This document shows positions 27,609-36,735 of a DNA stretch of 64,000 nt, piece by piece. The translations under genes were made by a program, and so were the position numbers. This DNA is from an uncultured Bacilli bacterium (lineage in GTDB: Bacteria; Bacillota_I; Bacilli_A; RF39; UBA660). The notes under the pieces are model-generated. The model ran no database searches and was not told the origin of the DNA. It worked only from the letters and a program-made list of their open reading frames with translations. Numbering within the stretch: the first letter of the stretch is position 1; each line of letters starts with the position of its first letter. The stretch spans positions 2,269-66,268 of the forward strand of contig CAKPER010000003.1 in NCBI GenBank assembly GCA_934149245.1, read 5' to 3'.

Positions 27609-28418
27609 ATGTTTAATGTTATAAGTCTAGATAATGTTAGTTTAGCTATGAATAATAAAATGTTATTTTCTAATTTGAATTTAGAAGTAGCATCTGGAAG
27701 TTTTGTATCAATTATTGGAAAGAGTAATTCTGGTAAAAGTAGTTTTGTTAAATTGCTAGCAGGTCTTTTACAATATAGAGGATATATTAATATAAATGGA
27801 TACTCTCTTGATGATGAAAATATTTCTTCTATTAGAAAAGGTGTTAGTGTAGTATTTAGTGATGATTGTAGAGAGTTTTCAAATTTTTTAGTGTATGATA
27901 TTCTTTCTTTAGAACTTGTTCATATGGGGCTTGATAGAAAAACGATAGATAAAAAAGTAAGTGATGTTAGCAGTAAATTTTTATTAGACGATATATTGTA
28001 TACACAAATGGGAGAAATCTCTGAGAGTAGGCAAGTTTTAGTAATGGTTTTATCTTCGGTTTTATCAGGATGTAATATTTTGATTATGGATGATTGTTTG
28101 GATAAAATTATAGATAAAGATAAAAATAAACTTATGAAATATTTGAAAAAGTTAAAAAAAACAGATGATTTGACTGTTTTAATGACTACTCATGAAATGG
28201 AGAATGTACTTTATTGTGATAAAGTGATAGTTTTAGATGAAGGTAAAAAAGTATATGATGATAGTGTTAGACATTTGTTTGAAGATAGGCAAGTATTGAA
28301 AAAATTTGATATAGAAGTACCTTTTGTTGTTAATTTGTCATATAGGCTTGTTAAAGAGGGAAGAATTTCTAATATTTGTCTTGATGAGAGAAAGTTAGTT
28401 GATGAGTTATGGAAATAG
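27609..28418 (+). CDS. ecfA1: ECF-transporter ATPase EcfA1-like, with non-consensus catalytic motifs
   Basis: Walker A is present (GKSNSGKSS) and the H-loop is present (TTHEM). The signature motif reads ISESRQ and Walker B reads ILIMDD. Its position upstream of ecfA2-ecfT-truA matches the conserved Firmicute arrangement. Confidence 0.75.
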   Translation: MFNVISLDNVSLAMNNKMLFSNLNLEVASGSFVSIIGKSNSGKSSFVKLLAGLLQYRGYININGYSLDDENISSIRKGVSVVFSDDCREFSNFLVYDILSLELVHMGLDRKTIDKKVSDVSSKFLLDDILYTQMGEISESRQVLVMVLSSVLSGCNILIMDDCLDKIIDKDKNKLMKYLKKLKKTDDLTVLMTTHEMENVLYCDKVIVLDEGKKVYDDSVRHLFEDRQVLKKFDIEVPFVVNLSYRLVKEGRISNICLDERKLVDELWK

Positions 28419-29206
28419 AATTAAAAGATATATATTATAAAGATAAATTATATAATTTTAATTATAAATTTGTTCAGGGAAAAGTTACTGCTATTATGGG
28501 AGATAATCCAAGTAATAGCTTAATTGCTTCTATTATTATGGGACAAGTTAGGGATTTTTATGGTAGTGTTTTAGTAGATGGTTTGTATAATTATGATAAG
28601 CATAGCTTTTATAAAAATATAGGTTATGTTTCAGCTTGTCCAGTTAATCAATTTGTGTGTTCTATTGTTAAAGATGAACTTATTATGAAATTAAAAAAAT
28701 TTAATTATAAACTTGATAAGGTAGATAAAGTTATTAATGATGTTTTAAAAATGGTTGATTTGGATGTAGAAATTTTAGAAAGAAAAGTTTTTTCTCTTAG
28801 TGACAGCGAAATACTAAAAATTTCACTAGCCATGTCTTTGATACTTAATCCTAAGGTGTTGCTTTTAGATAATGTTACAATTTATATGGATTATGAAATG
28901 AAACAGAAATTTTTAAGTCTATTTAAGAAATTAAAAGATAGGTATAATAAGACTATTATTATTATTTCTAATGATATTCAATTTTTATCTTGTATTGTAG
29001 ATAATTATTTGATAGTAGATAAGGGCTTGGTAAAGGAAAGTGGTATGTTTAAGGATTTTGTTTTTGAACAGAAAAGGTTAAATAAATATGGAATAAATAT
29101 GCCAGCAAAATATAAATTTATTGATATTATGAGTAAATATAAAAAGATTAATAAAAAAGATATTAATAGTATAGATGATTTAGTAGAGGTGATATGTTGT
29201 GAATAA
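28409..29206 (+). CDS. ecfA2: ECF-transporter ATPase EcfA2-like, with a degenerate nucleotide-binding site
   Basis: ABC fold by length and pattern. Walker A reads GDNPSNSLIAS (no Lys), the signature reads LSDSE, Walker B reads LLLDNV, and the H-loop His is replaced (ISNDI). It overlaps ecfA1 by 10 nt. Confidence 0.65.
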   Translation: MEIELKDIYYKDKLYNFNYKFVQGKVTAIMGDNPSNSLIASIIMGQVRDFYGSVLVDGLYNYDKHSFYKNIGYVSACPVNQFVCSIVKDELIMKLKKFNYKLDKVDKVINDVLKMVDLDVEILERKVFSLSDSEILKISLAMSLILNPKVLLLDNVTIYMDYEMKQKFLSLFKKLKDRYNKTIIIISNDIQFLSCIVDNYLIVDKGLVKESGMFKDFVFEQKRLNKYGINMPAKYKFIDIMSKYKKINKKDINSIDDLVEVICCE

Positions 29207-29909
29207 TAAGAGTAGTATTGTTCATCAATTAAATTGGTCATATAAAGTTATATCTGTTTTTCTTTTTATAATCTCTGTTGTGTTTGTAAAACAATCTGTT
29301 GGTTTATTTATTGTAAGTTTCTTTTTGTTTATTATTATGCTATTTAGTAATATTAGATTTAGAGTTTATTTAAAAAATTTAAATATGTTTAGTATTTTTT
29401 TGTTTGTAGTTTTCTTTTTTATTACTATGTTTAGTTTGAGTTTATATAAGGGAATTTTCATTATAGTTAAATTAATAGATATTATTATGTATGTGTCTGT
29501 TATTTCTATTACTAGTAGCTATTATGAACTTTCTTGTGGCGTTAGAGATATTTTAAATAGATTTGGGCACTTTTTAGATGTTAGTTCTATTTCTTTTAAA
29601 GTGGCATCATTTTTAAGCTTTTTTAATTATTTATATGAAGAGAGAGAAAGATATAGATTTTGGATGATGGTTAATGGAAAGAGATATAATTTTAGTTTTA
29701 TAGATAGAATTGATTATTTAATTAAAGAATTTAGAAATTTATTTTGTAATGTGGTTAGAAAAATTGATAGTAATAAGAATCGTTTGAGTGTAAAGAAATA
29801 TAATATAGATAGTTATAAGTATAATTATAGGTTGAATAAATGGAAAAAAACTGATACAATATTGTTAGTAATAAATTTGCTAGTTATGTTTATAGCTTTT
29901 ATTTATTAG
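29199..29909 (+). CDS. ecfT: ECF-transporter transmembrane T component (EcfT), highly diverged
   Basis: GTG start after GAGGTGA, 236 aa, about 5 hydrophobic segments. The call rests mainly on its position between ecfA2 and truA. I could not recognise the Ala-Arg-Gly coupling motifs. Confidence 0.5.
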   Translation: MNNKSSIVHQLNWSYKVISVFLFIISVVFVKQSVGLFIVSFFLFIIMLFSNIRFRVYLKNLNMFSIFLFVVFFFITMFSLSLYKGIFIIVKLIDIIMYVSVISITSSYYELSCGVRDILNRFGHFLDVSSISFKVASFLSFFNYLYEERERYRFWMMVNGKRYNFSFIDRIDYLIKEFRNLFCNVVRKIDSNKNRLSVKKYNIDSYKYNYRLNKWKKTDTILLVINLLVMFIAFIY

Positions 29910-29924
29910 AAAGAGGTAAGTAGT

Positions 29925-30665
29925 ATGAGGTATTTTATGACTTTTTCTTATGATGGAAGTGATTTTAAGGGGTATCAGAAACAACCTCGTTGCAGAACTG
30001 TACAGGGTGAGCTTGAAAAAGTTTTAAAAAAAATAAATGGAGATAAGGAAGTTAGCGTTACAGCATCTGGAAGAACTGATGCTGGTGTTCATGCTATCTC
30101 ACAAAAGGCACATTTTGATTTAAAAGAAGAAATGGAGCCTGCTGATGTAATGAAGAGTATGAATTCTATGTTACCTGATGATATTTATATTAAAAATATT
30201 GAACATGTTTCAGATAATTTTCATGCTAGGTTTAACGCTATTGGTAAGGAATATATCTATCAAATAAATATGGGAGAATATAATCCTCTTGAGAGAAAAT
30301 ATGTTTATCAATATAATAAAAAGCTTGATGTTGTTGAGATGCAGAGGGCAATGAAATATTTAGAGGGAACACATAGTTTTAAGGCTTTTGTGTGTGCTGA
30401 TGATGTTAGAGATGATTATGTAAGGACTTTATCACAAACTAATATTATTAGGGATTTAAAAGATGTTAGTAAGATTACTCTTGTATTTATTGGCGATGGA
30501 TTTATGAGATATATGGTTAGAAATATGGTTGGAACGTTAATTGAGATTGGTGAAGGAAAGAGACGTAGTGAAGAAATTATAGATATAATTAGTAGTGAAG
30601 ATAGAACAAGAGCTGGGAAGACAGCGGCAGCTAGAGGACTGTTTCTTAGAAATGTTTTTTACTAA
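29925..30665 (+). CDS. truA: tRNA pseudouridine(38-40) synthase
   Basis: YDGSDFKGYQKQ, SGRTDAGVHA, MVRNMVGTL. Confidence 0.93.
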   Translation: MRYFMTFSYDGSDFKGYQKQPRCRTVQGELEKVLKKINGDKEVSVTASGRTDAGVHAISQKAHFDLKEEMEPADVMKSMNSMLPDDIYIKNIEHVSDNFHARFNAIGKEYIYQINMGEYNPLERKYVYQYNKKLDVVEMQRAMKYLEGTHSFKAFVCADDVRDDYVRTLSQTNIIRDLKDVSKITLVFIGDGFMRYMVRNMVGTLIEIGEGKRRSEEIIDIISSEDRTRAGKTAAARGLFLRNVFY

Positions 30666-30706
30666 TTATATTAGAAAAAATAAGAAAAAATTGAGGCTTG
30701 AAATCA

Positions 30707-31609
30707 ATGTTTGATGAATGTAGGCTATGTCCGAGAGAATGTGGAGTTGATAGAAATAGGAAAGAAGTTGGTGTATGTGGTGCACCTTCTTCTATGGTAA
30801 TAGCTAGATTTTCTTTACATATGTGGGAAGAACCTTGTATTAGTGGAGATAATGGTTCAGGCACAATCTTTTTTTCGGGTTGTAATTTAAAATGTATTTT
30901 TTGTCAAAATTATATGATAAGTTCTAAAGTAAGAGGAACTGTTGTAGATATAGAGCAATTTTCTGATATTTGTTTAAAATTACAAAATAATGGAGCTAAT
31001 AATATTAATCTTGTTACAGGAGTTATGTATATTCCTAAAATTATAGAGGGAATTTTACTTGCTCGGGAAAGTGGGCTTAGTATTCCTATTATTTATAATA
31101 GTAGTGGTTATGAGAAATGTTCTAGTATTAAACTTTTAGATGGTATTGTAGATGTTTATTTACCTGATTTTAAATATTGGAGTGATGATCTTGCTTTAAA
31201 ATATAGTAAATGTTGTGATTATAGAGAGAGTGCTATTAAGGCTATAGATGAGATGTATAATCAGGTTGGAAAAGTTGTATTTGATGATGAGGGAAATATA
31301 GTTAAGGGTGTTATAGTTCGGCATTTAGTATTACCAGGATGTTTAGAGGATAGTAAGAAAGTATTGAATTACTTATATAATAAATATGGTAATAATATAT
31401 ATATTAGTATTATGAATCAATATACTCCTGTTAGAAGGGTTAATATTGATAGTTTGGATAGGACACTGCAAAAAAGAGAGTATGATGAGATTATTGATTA
31501 TGCATATGATTTAGGAATTAGAAATGCTTATGTGCAAGAAGATGAGACGCAGAAAGAAAGTTTTATACCTGATTTTTTTGTGTTTGATGGACTTGATAAT
31601 GATAATTAG
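30707..31609 (+). CDS. radical SAM protein, PflX-type (pyruvate formate-lyase activase-like)
   Basis: N-terminal CRLCPRECGVDR and the CX3CX2C cluster motif GCNLKCIFCQNY. The ATG at 30707 is preferred over the TTG at 30698 because of its spacing to the RBS. Confidence 0.8.
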   Translation: MFDECRLCPRECGVDRNRKEVGVCGAPSSMVIARFSLHMWEEPCISGDNGSGTIFFSGCNLKCIFCQNYMISSKVRGTVVDIEQFSDICLKLQNNGANNINLVTGVMYIPKIIEGILLARESGLSIPIIYNSSGYEKCSSIKLLDGIVDVYLPDFKYWSDDLALKYSKCCDYRESAIKAIDEMYNQVGKVVFDDEGNIVKGVIVRHLVLPGCLEDSKKVLNYLYNKYGNNIYISIMNQYTPVRRVNIDSLDRTLQKREYDEIIDYAYDLGIRNAYVQEDETQKESFIPDFFVFDGLDNDN

Positions 31610-31624
31610 TTTGGAGAGTGTGTT

Positions 31625-32344
31625 ATGGAGAGAATACAGAAAATAATCGCAGAGCGAGGTTATTGCTCTAGAAGACGAGCTGAAGAGTTGATGCTTGCTG
31701 GTAAAGTTAAGGTTAATGGTATGGTAGTGCGAGAGTTAGGAACAAAAGCTAGTAGTAATGCTTCTATAGAAGTTGAAGGAATTGCGTTAGATAATAATAA
31801 AAATTATGAATATTATTTATTATATAAACCTAGAGGTGTTGTTAGTTCTGTAACTGATGATAGAGGTAGAAAGACAGTTGTTGACTTAATAACTGGTACA
31901 GATACTAGAATTTATCCTATTGGAAGGCTTGATTATGATACATCGGGACTTATTTTACTTACTAATGATGGTAACCTTGCTAATGGACTTATACAACCAG
32001 CGAAAAAAATAGAAAAGTCATATATTGTTAAGGTGTCTGGAATATTAACTGGTTATGATATAAAGAGACTTAAAGATGGAGTTATTATAGATGGATATAA
32101 AACAAGAAGAGCAAAAGTAAAATTAAAAAGTTCTAATATTAAAAAAAATACTTGTTTGATTGAACTTGTTATAACTGAGGGAAAAAATAGACAAATTAGA
32201 AAGATGATTGAGGCTGTTGGTAAGAGTGTTTTGAAATTAAAAAGAGAAAGATATGCTTTTCTTACTTTGGATGGTCTTAAATCTGGCGAGTATCGAAAGT
32301 TATCTAATAAAGAAATTGCTATTTTATATAGTTTAATTAAGTGA
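31625..32344 (+). CDS. rluB: 23S rRNA pseudouridine synthase, RluB/RsuA family
   Basis: S4 domain (RIQKIIAERGYCSRRRAEELM), catalytic GRLDYDTSGLILLTNDG, and GKNRQIRKM. Confidence 0.88.
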   Translation: MERIQKIIAERGYCSRRRAEELMLAGKVKVNGMVVRELGTKASSNASIEVEGIALDNNKNYEYYLLYKPRGVVSSVTDDRGRKTVVDLITGTDTRIYPIGRLDYDTSGLILLTNDGNLANGLIQPAKKIEKSYIVKVSGILTGYDIKRLKDGVIIDGYKTRRAKVKLKSSNIKKNTCLIELVITEGKNRQIRKMIEAVGKSVLKLKRERYAFLTLDGLKSGEYRKLSNKEIAILYSLIK

Positions 32345-32546
32345 TTTTTAATAAATTGTATATGTCTTTAGAAGTTGATATTAATGTATTAACTTTTTTT
32401 GTTATAAAATTACAATATAATGTATACAATTATGATGTATTAGTTAATGAGAAAGTTATTTTTTGTTCTAAAACTATAGACAAAGCTAGAAAAAAGTATT
32501 ATAATAATTAACCAATATGTAATTTTGCTCAAGGAGGACTGATAAA

Positions 32547-33866
32547 ATGGATAGTTATGAAGAAAAAGAACTAAAAAAATTTTTTTGGAAATATGAGCAA
32601 GCTTTAAAATATTTAGATTTAGTGATGGAGTCTTATGTTAGCTCATTAGAAATTAGTGATGAACATAATCCGGTAGAGCATTATAAGGGAAGAATAAAAA
32701 ATATTGATAGTATTAGAAAAAAACTAGCAAAGAAAGGTTTTGAATTTACTATTAAAAATATGGAAGAACAACTTCATGATATTGCTGGTATAAGAATTGT
32801 TTGTCATTTTAGAAACGATTTAAATGAATTAATAGAGATATTTAAGAATAATCCTAATATTTCTGTTGTAGAGGAAGAAGATTATATTACTAATCCTAAA
32901 AAGAGTGGATATTTAAGTTATCATATGACGGTAAAAGTTCCTGTTGTTGATGAGGCGAAAATTGTTATGGTTCCTGCAGAAATTCAGATTAGAACTCTTC
33001 TTATGGATTTACCAGCTAGTTTGGAACATAAAACAAGATATAAGAAAGAATGGTCTTTACCTAAAGAGATGGATAAAAATATAACAGAAATATCTGAACT
33101 TTCCTCACAAGTTGATGAAGAATTAGAAAGAAGAATAAATAGTCTTATTAATGTTGGTACTAGGACGAAATCGCCTAATTCAATTATTTATGATATGAAT
33201 TTTAATAATGTTATAAATGACGAAATGATGATAAAGTATTCTATGGCTTTAGAAAAATTAAGATATATGATTGAAAGAGAAATTTTTGGAAATAGTAATA
33301 AAGATGGTGAAGATATTATTGATAATATTAAGTTTAGATTGAAAACAAAAAAAAGTACTGTTAAGAAATTATTATCTAAAGGATTTGAGGTAAATGAGGA
33401 GAATATTGCAAAAGAACTTAGTGATGTTGTTGGGGCTAGAATAGTTTGTTCTTTTATAAGTGATATGCCTTCAATTATAGATAAAATTTGTAATTATCCT
33501 ATGTTGGAGGTAGCAGGATTTAAAGATTATGTTAATAACCCCAAACCTAATGGTTATTCTAGTTATCATTTATTAGTGTTAGTTCCTATTTATTATAATG
33601 GTAATTATGAATATGTAAAAGCTGAGATTCAGATTAGAACTAAGGCTATGAATGTTTGGTCTAGTTTACATCATAAGATTTGTTATAAGAAAGAGACTAT
33701 ACCTGAGGTTGAAGAAGAACTTAGAGCATTAGCTGGTCTTACGAATGAAATAGATCAAAAATATGATGAAATTTATAGAAATGTTAAGGATAATTTAGGG
33801 GATGATGTTAAAAACAAGGCTGTTAAAAAATTAGTTAAAACTATTAATGAAAAGACGCTTTGTTAA
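32547..33866 (+). CDS. tandem (duplicated) RelQ/RelP-type small alarmone synthetase
   Basis: Two complete RelA_SpoT synthetase cores in one 439-aa chain. Core 1: GRIKNIDSIRKKL, DIAGIRIVCHF, SGYLSYHM, EIQIRTLLMD..LEH..YK. Core 2: FRLKTKKSTVKKL, DVVGARIVCSF, NGYSSYHL, EIQIRTKAMNVWSSLHH..YK. Confidence 0.85.
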   Translation: MDSYEEKELKKFFWKYEQALKYLDLVMESYVSSLEISDEHNPVEHYKGRIKNIDSIRKKLAKKGFEFTIKNMEEQLHDIAGIRIVCHFRNDLNELIEIFKNNPNISVVEEEDYITNPKKSGYLSYHMTVKVPVVDEAKIVMVPAEIQIRTLLMDLPASLEHKTRYKKEWSLPKEMDKNITEISELSSQVDEELERRINSLINVGTRTKSPNSIIYDMNFNNVINDEMMIKYSMALEKLRYMIEREIFGNSNKDGEDIIDNIKFRLKTKKSTVKKLLSKGFEVNEENIAKELSDVVGARIVCSFISDMPSIIDKICNYPMLEVAGFKDYVNNPKPNGYSSYHLLVLVPIYYNGNYEYVKAEIQIRTKAMNVWSSLHHKICYKKETIPEVEEELRALAGLTNEIDQKYDEIYRNVKDNLGDDVKNKAVKKLVKTINEKTLC

Positions 33867-34154
33867 ATAATGCATGTTATACTAGTAACTATTAAGTATT
33901 ATAAAATCTAATTTTTCCTTTTAAGTATAAAGTGGATTATAGTGTATATAATTAATGATTATACTAGTTGTTTATATGAAATAAATAGATAAATTATAAT
34001 TTCTTTCAAAAAAGTTTTAAATTGAAAATAAAAGTACTGATAAGTTTATTTATGTGATAATTGACATAATTTTATAAAAAGAGAAAATAAAAGAAAATTC
34101 TCTTTTTTTTTACAAAAATAAATGATATAATCTAGATAATAGGATAGTGATAAT

Positions 34155-35345
34155 ATGAATAATAACTTAAATTTAATTAATCAAATAGGTCGCAATTATA
34201 ATCTAACAGCAGAGCAATTTAATCTTTTAACGGTAAAATATAAAGATGATAATAGGGATCCGATTACTTTGGAGAGAGAATTAAACAATATTTGTGATTT
34301 TTACAAATTTCATAATAATTTACAAGCTACTATTAATAAAACACCACCTTTACCAAATGGTAAAAATTATTATGTAACAGCATTTGATCAAAATAGTAAC
34401 TTTTATCTTCAACCAGTAAGTGTTGTTGTAACTAATCCTGAAACTTCAGAAGTACTAGTAGATAATAGTTTTAAAGGCTATCAGAAACATACTCAGGTTG
34501 ATGATATAGAAATAGCAATATGTCAGTTGGGTAAAGCATTGAAGTTTGACGTAGCAGAAGAATATAGATTGTATAGTCCATCTAAACAAAAAGATTCCAT
34601 TGTTATAAAAGATTTAATAAATGAAGATGAATTTTATGATGTAGAAAATCTAAAAAAAAGATTTTTAAAGCTAATAAATGCTGGTAAATACAAAAAAGAA
34701 TCGTGGCAAGAAAAAAGCGAAAATTTGAAAGTGTGTAATACTAAAGAAGATTATAAAATAGCAGTGGACTATGGTTTAAAACTTTTGAAAAGTTTGCCTA
34801 GTATTATGGCAGAAGATTATGAACAAATAGAAAAAAAATATTTTGAAATGTTAATTTTTGATAGTATTATTACCCAGAGTGAAAGAAATTTTAAAGATTA
34901 TGGAATTATTTGTGATAAAGAAACAAAAAGATATAGCTTTGCACCATTGTTTGATAATGTTTTTCCAACAATTTTAAAGAATAATGATGTTTTTTCTTTC
35001 AATGGAATAGTATGCAATAGATATGAATTGATGGAATGTTTATTTTATAATTATTATGATAAAATTAAAGATAAGGTAGAATATTTATTAAATCGTAAGG
35101 AAAAAGTACTTCAAATGTCTTCAATGATCTTAAGATATAATGTAGATATTGGAACTTACAATATGATTATGGATAATATAATTACTAATCTAAATTATTT
35201 TGAAAAATTATTACAAGAAAAAGCTATTATGGAAAAAAATAAACAAAATGCAGGTTATGTAGATGCTCTACACATGTTAATTGCATTAGCAATAATAATA
35301 GCCTTTTCAATTTGTATAGCATATTTGTTATACAGTACTATATAG
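34155..35345 (+). CDS. hypothetical tail-anchored membrane protein
   Basis: 396 aa with a single C-terminal TM helix (LIALAIIIAFSICIAYLLY). FDSIITQSERNFKDYGIIC...FAPLFDN faintly resembles the HipA_C kinase-like core, but the catalytic Asp/His are not conserved. Confidence 0.45.
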   Translation: MNNNLNLINQIGRNYNLTAEQFNLLTVKYKDDNRDPITLERELNNICDFYKFHNNLQATINKTPPLPNGKNYYVTAFDQNSNFYLQPVSVVVTNPETSEVLVDNSFKGYQKHTQVDDIEIAICQLGKALKFDVAEEYRLYSPSKQKDSIVIKDLINEDEFYDVENLKKRFLKLINAGKYKKESWQEKSENLKVCNTKEDYKIAVDYGLKLLKSLPSIMAEDYEQIEKKYFEMLIFDSIITQSERNFKDYGIICDKETKRYSFAPLFDNVFPTILKNNDVFSFNGIVCNRYELMECLFYNYYDKIKDKVEYLLNRKEKVLQMSSMILRYNVDIGTYNMIMDNIITNLNYFEKLLQEKAIMEKNKQNAGYVDALHMLIALAIIIAFSICIAYLLYSTI

Positions 35346-35423
35346 GATTTTGGTAAAAAAATACAAAATTCCTTTTTATTTTCATTTTTCTAATGTATAA
35401 TATACTTAAGTCAGGTGATAAAA

Positions 35424-36734
35424 ATGAAATTAACAGTGGAAGATATAAAACAAATATCTAGTATAAAACAAGAGCCATCATGGATGCTGGAATATCGATT
35501 AGAGTCATTTAAATACTTTGAAAATTTCAAAGATCCTGAATTTGGTCCAAAACTGAATATAAATTATGATAGTATTAATTATTATAAAAAAAGAGAAGAA
35601 GAATTAACTAATAATTGGGATAATATATCATCTAATATTAGATGTGTTTTTGATAATTTAGGCGTAATAAGTGCTGAAAAAAAATATTTAGATGGGATGG
35701 GAGCTCAATTTGATAGTGAAGTTATATATCATAATATGATTAAAGAATTAGAAGATAAAAATGTAATTTTTTTAGATACAGATAGTGCTTTAAAAGAATA
35801 TCCTGATATTTTTAAAAAATATTTTGGTAAATTGGTTCATAATAATGAAAATAAATTTACTGCTCTAAATGGTGCTGTTTGGAGTGGGGGAACATTTATA
35901 TATATACCACCATATACAAAATTAGATAGACCGTTGCAAAGTTATTTTAGAATAAATAGTAAAAATATGGGGCAATTTGAAAGAACTTTAATTATTGTAG
36001 ATGAGGGTAGCGAATTACATTACATTGAAGGATGTACTGCTCCTACATATACAGAAGATGCATTACATGCAGCAGTAGTAGAAATATATGTTGAAAAAAA
36101 TGCTAAGTGTCGTTATACAACAATTCAAAATTGGTCTAGTGATGTATATAATTTAGTAACTAAAAGGAGCATTGTAGAAGAAAACGGTCTTATGGAATGG
36201 ATTGATGGTAACGTTGGTTCAAAAACAAATATGAAATATCCAGCCTGCATTTTAAAAGGACCGTACGCTAGAGGTACATGTATAACAGTAGCAGGTGCTG
36301 GTACAAATCAAATTCAAGATACAGGAGCAAAAATGATTCATCTTGCTCCATATACAAAAAGTAACATTGTCTCTAAATCAATAGCCTCTAACGGAGGCAA
36401 TGCAACATATAGAGGAAAGGTATATATATCAAAAAAAGCCCAGCACTCTAAAGCTAGCGTAAAATGTGATACAATTATCCTTGATAAAGAGTCTAAAAGT
36501 GATACTTTTCCAACTAATATAGTAAATAATAAAACATCACTTTTAGAACACGAAGCAACGGTAAGTAAAATAAGTGAAGATAAATTATTTTATTTAATGT
36601 CTAAAGGCCTAACAGAGGACGCAGCTAAGGAATTAATAATATTAGGTTTTGTAAATGAATTCAGGGAGGAACTTCCAATGGAGTATGCAGTAGAATTAAA
36701 TAGATTACTTCAAGCTACTATAGGAGGTGCTTAA
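35424..36734 (+). CDS. sufB: Fe-S cluster assembly scaffold protein SufB
   Basis: ATG 7 nt after AGGTGA. Hallmark HYIEGCTAPTY, plus NWSSDVYNLVTKR and the C-terminal FVNEF...LPMEYAVELNRL. Confidence 0.88.
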   Translation: MKLTVEDIKQISSIKQEPSWMLEYRLESFKYFENFKDPEFGPKLNINYDSINYYKKREEELTNNWDNISSNIRCVFDNLGVISAEKKYLDGMGAQFDSEVIYHNMIKELEDKNVIFLDTDSALKEYPDIFKKYFGKLVHNNENKFTALNGAVWSGGTFIYIPPYTKLDRPLQSYFRINSKNMGQFERTLIIVDEGSELHYIEGCTAPTYTEDALHAAVVEIYVEKNAKCRYTTIQNWSSDVYNLVTKRSIVEENGLMEWIDGNVGSKTNMKYPACILKGPYARGTCITVAGAGTNQIQDTGAKMIHLAPYTKSNIVSKSIASNGGNATYRGKVYISKKAQHSKASVKCDTIILDKESKSDTFPTNIVNNKTSLLEHEATVSKISEDKLFYLMSKGLTEDAAKELIILGFVNEFREELPMEYAVELNRLLQATIGGA

Positions 36735-36735
36735 T

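Noticed and set aside
34078-34112. Hairpin plus T-run (AGAGAA...TTCTCTTTTTTTTT) upstream of the 34155 gene as a riboswitch or attenuator.
   Set aside because: It has only a 6-bp stem and no conserved riboswitch core was recognisable. It is more likely a weak terminator or chance structure in an AT-rich spacer.
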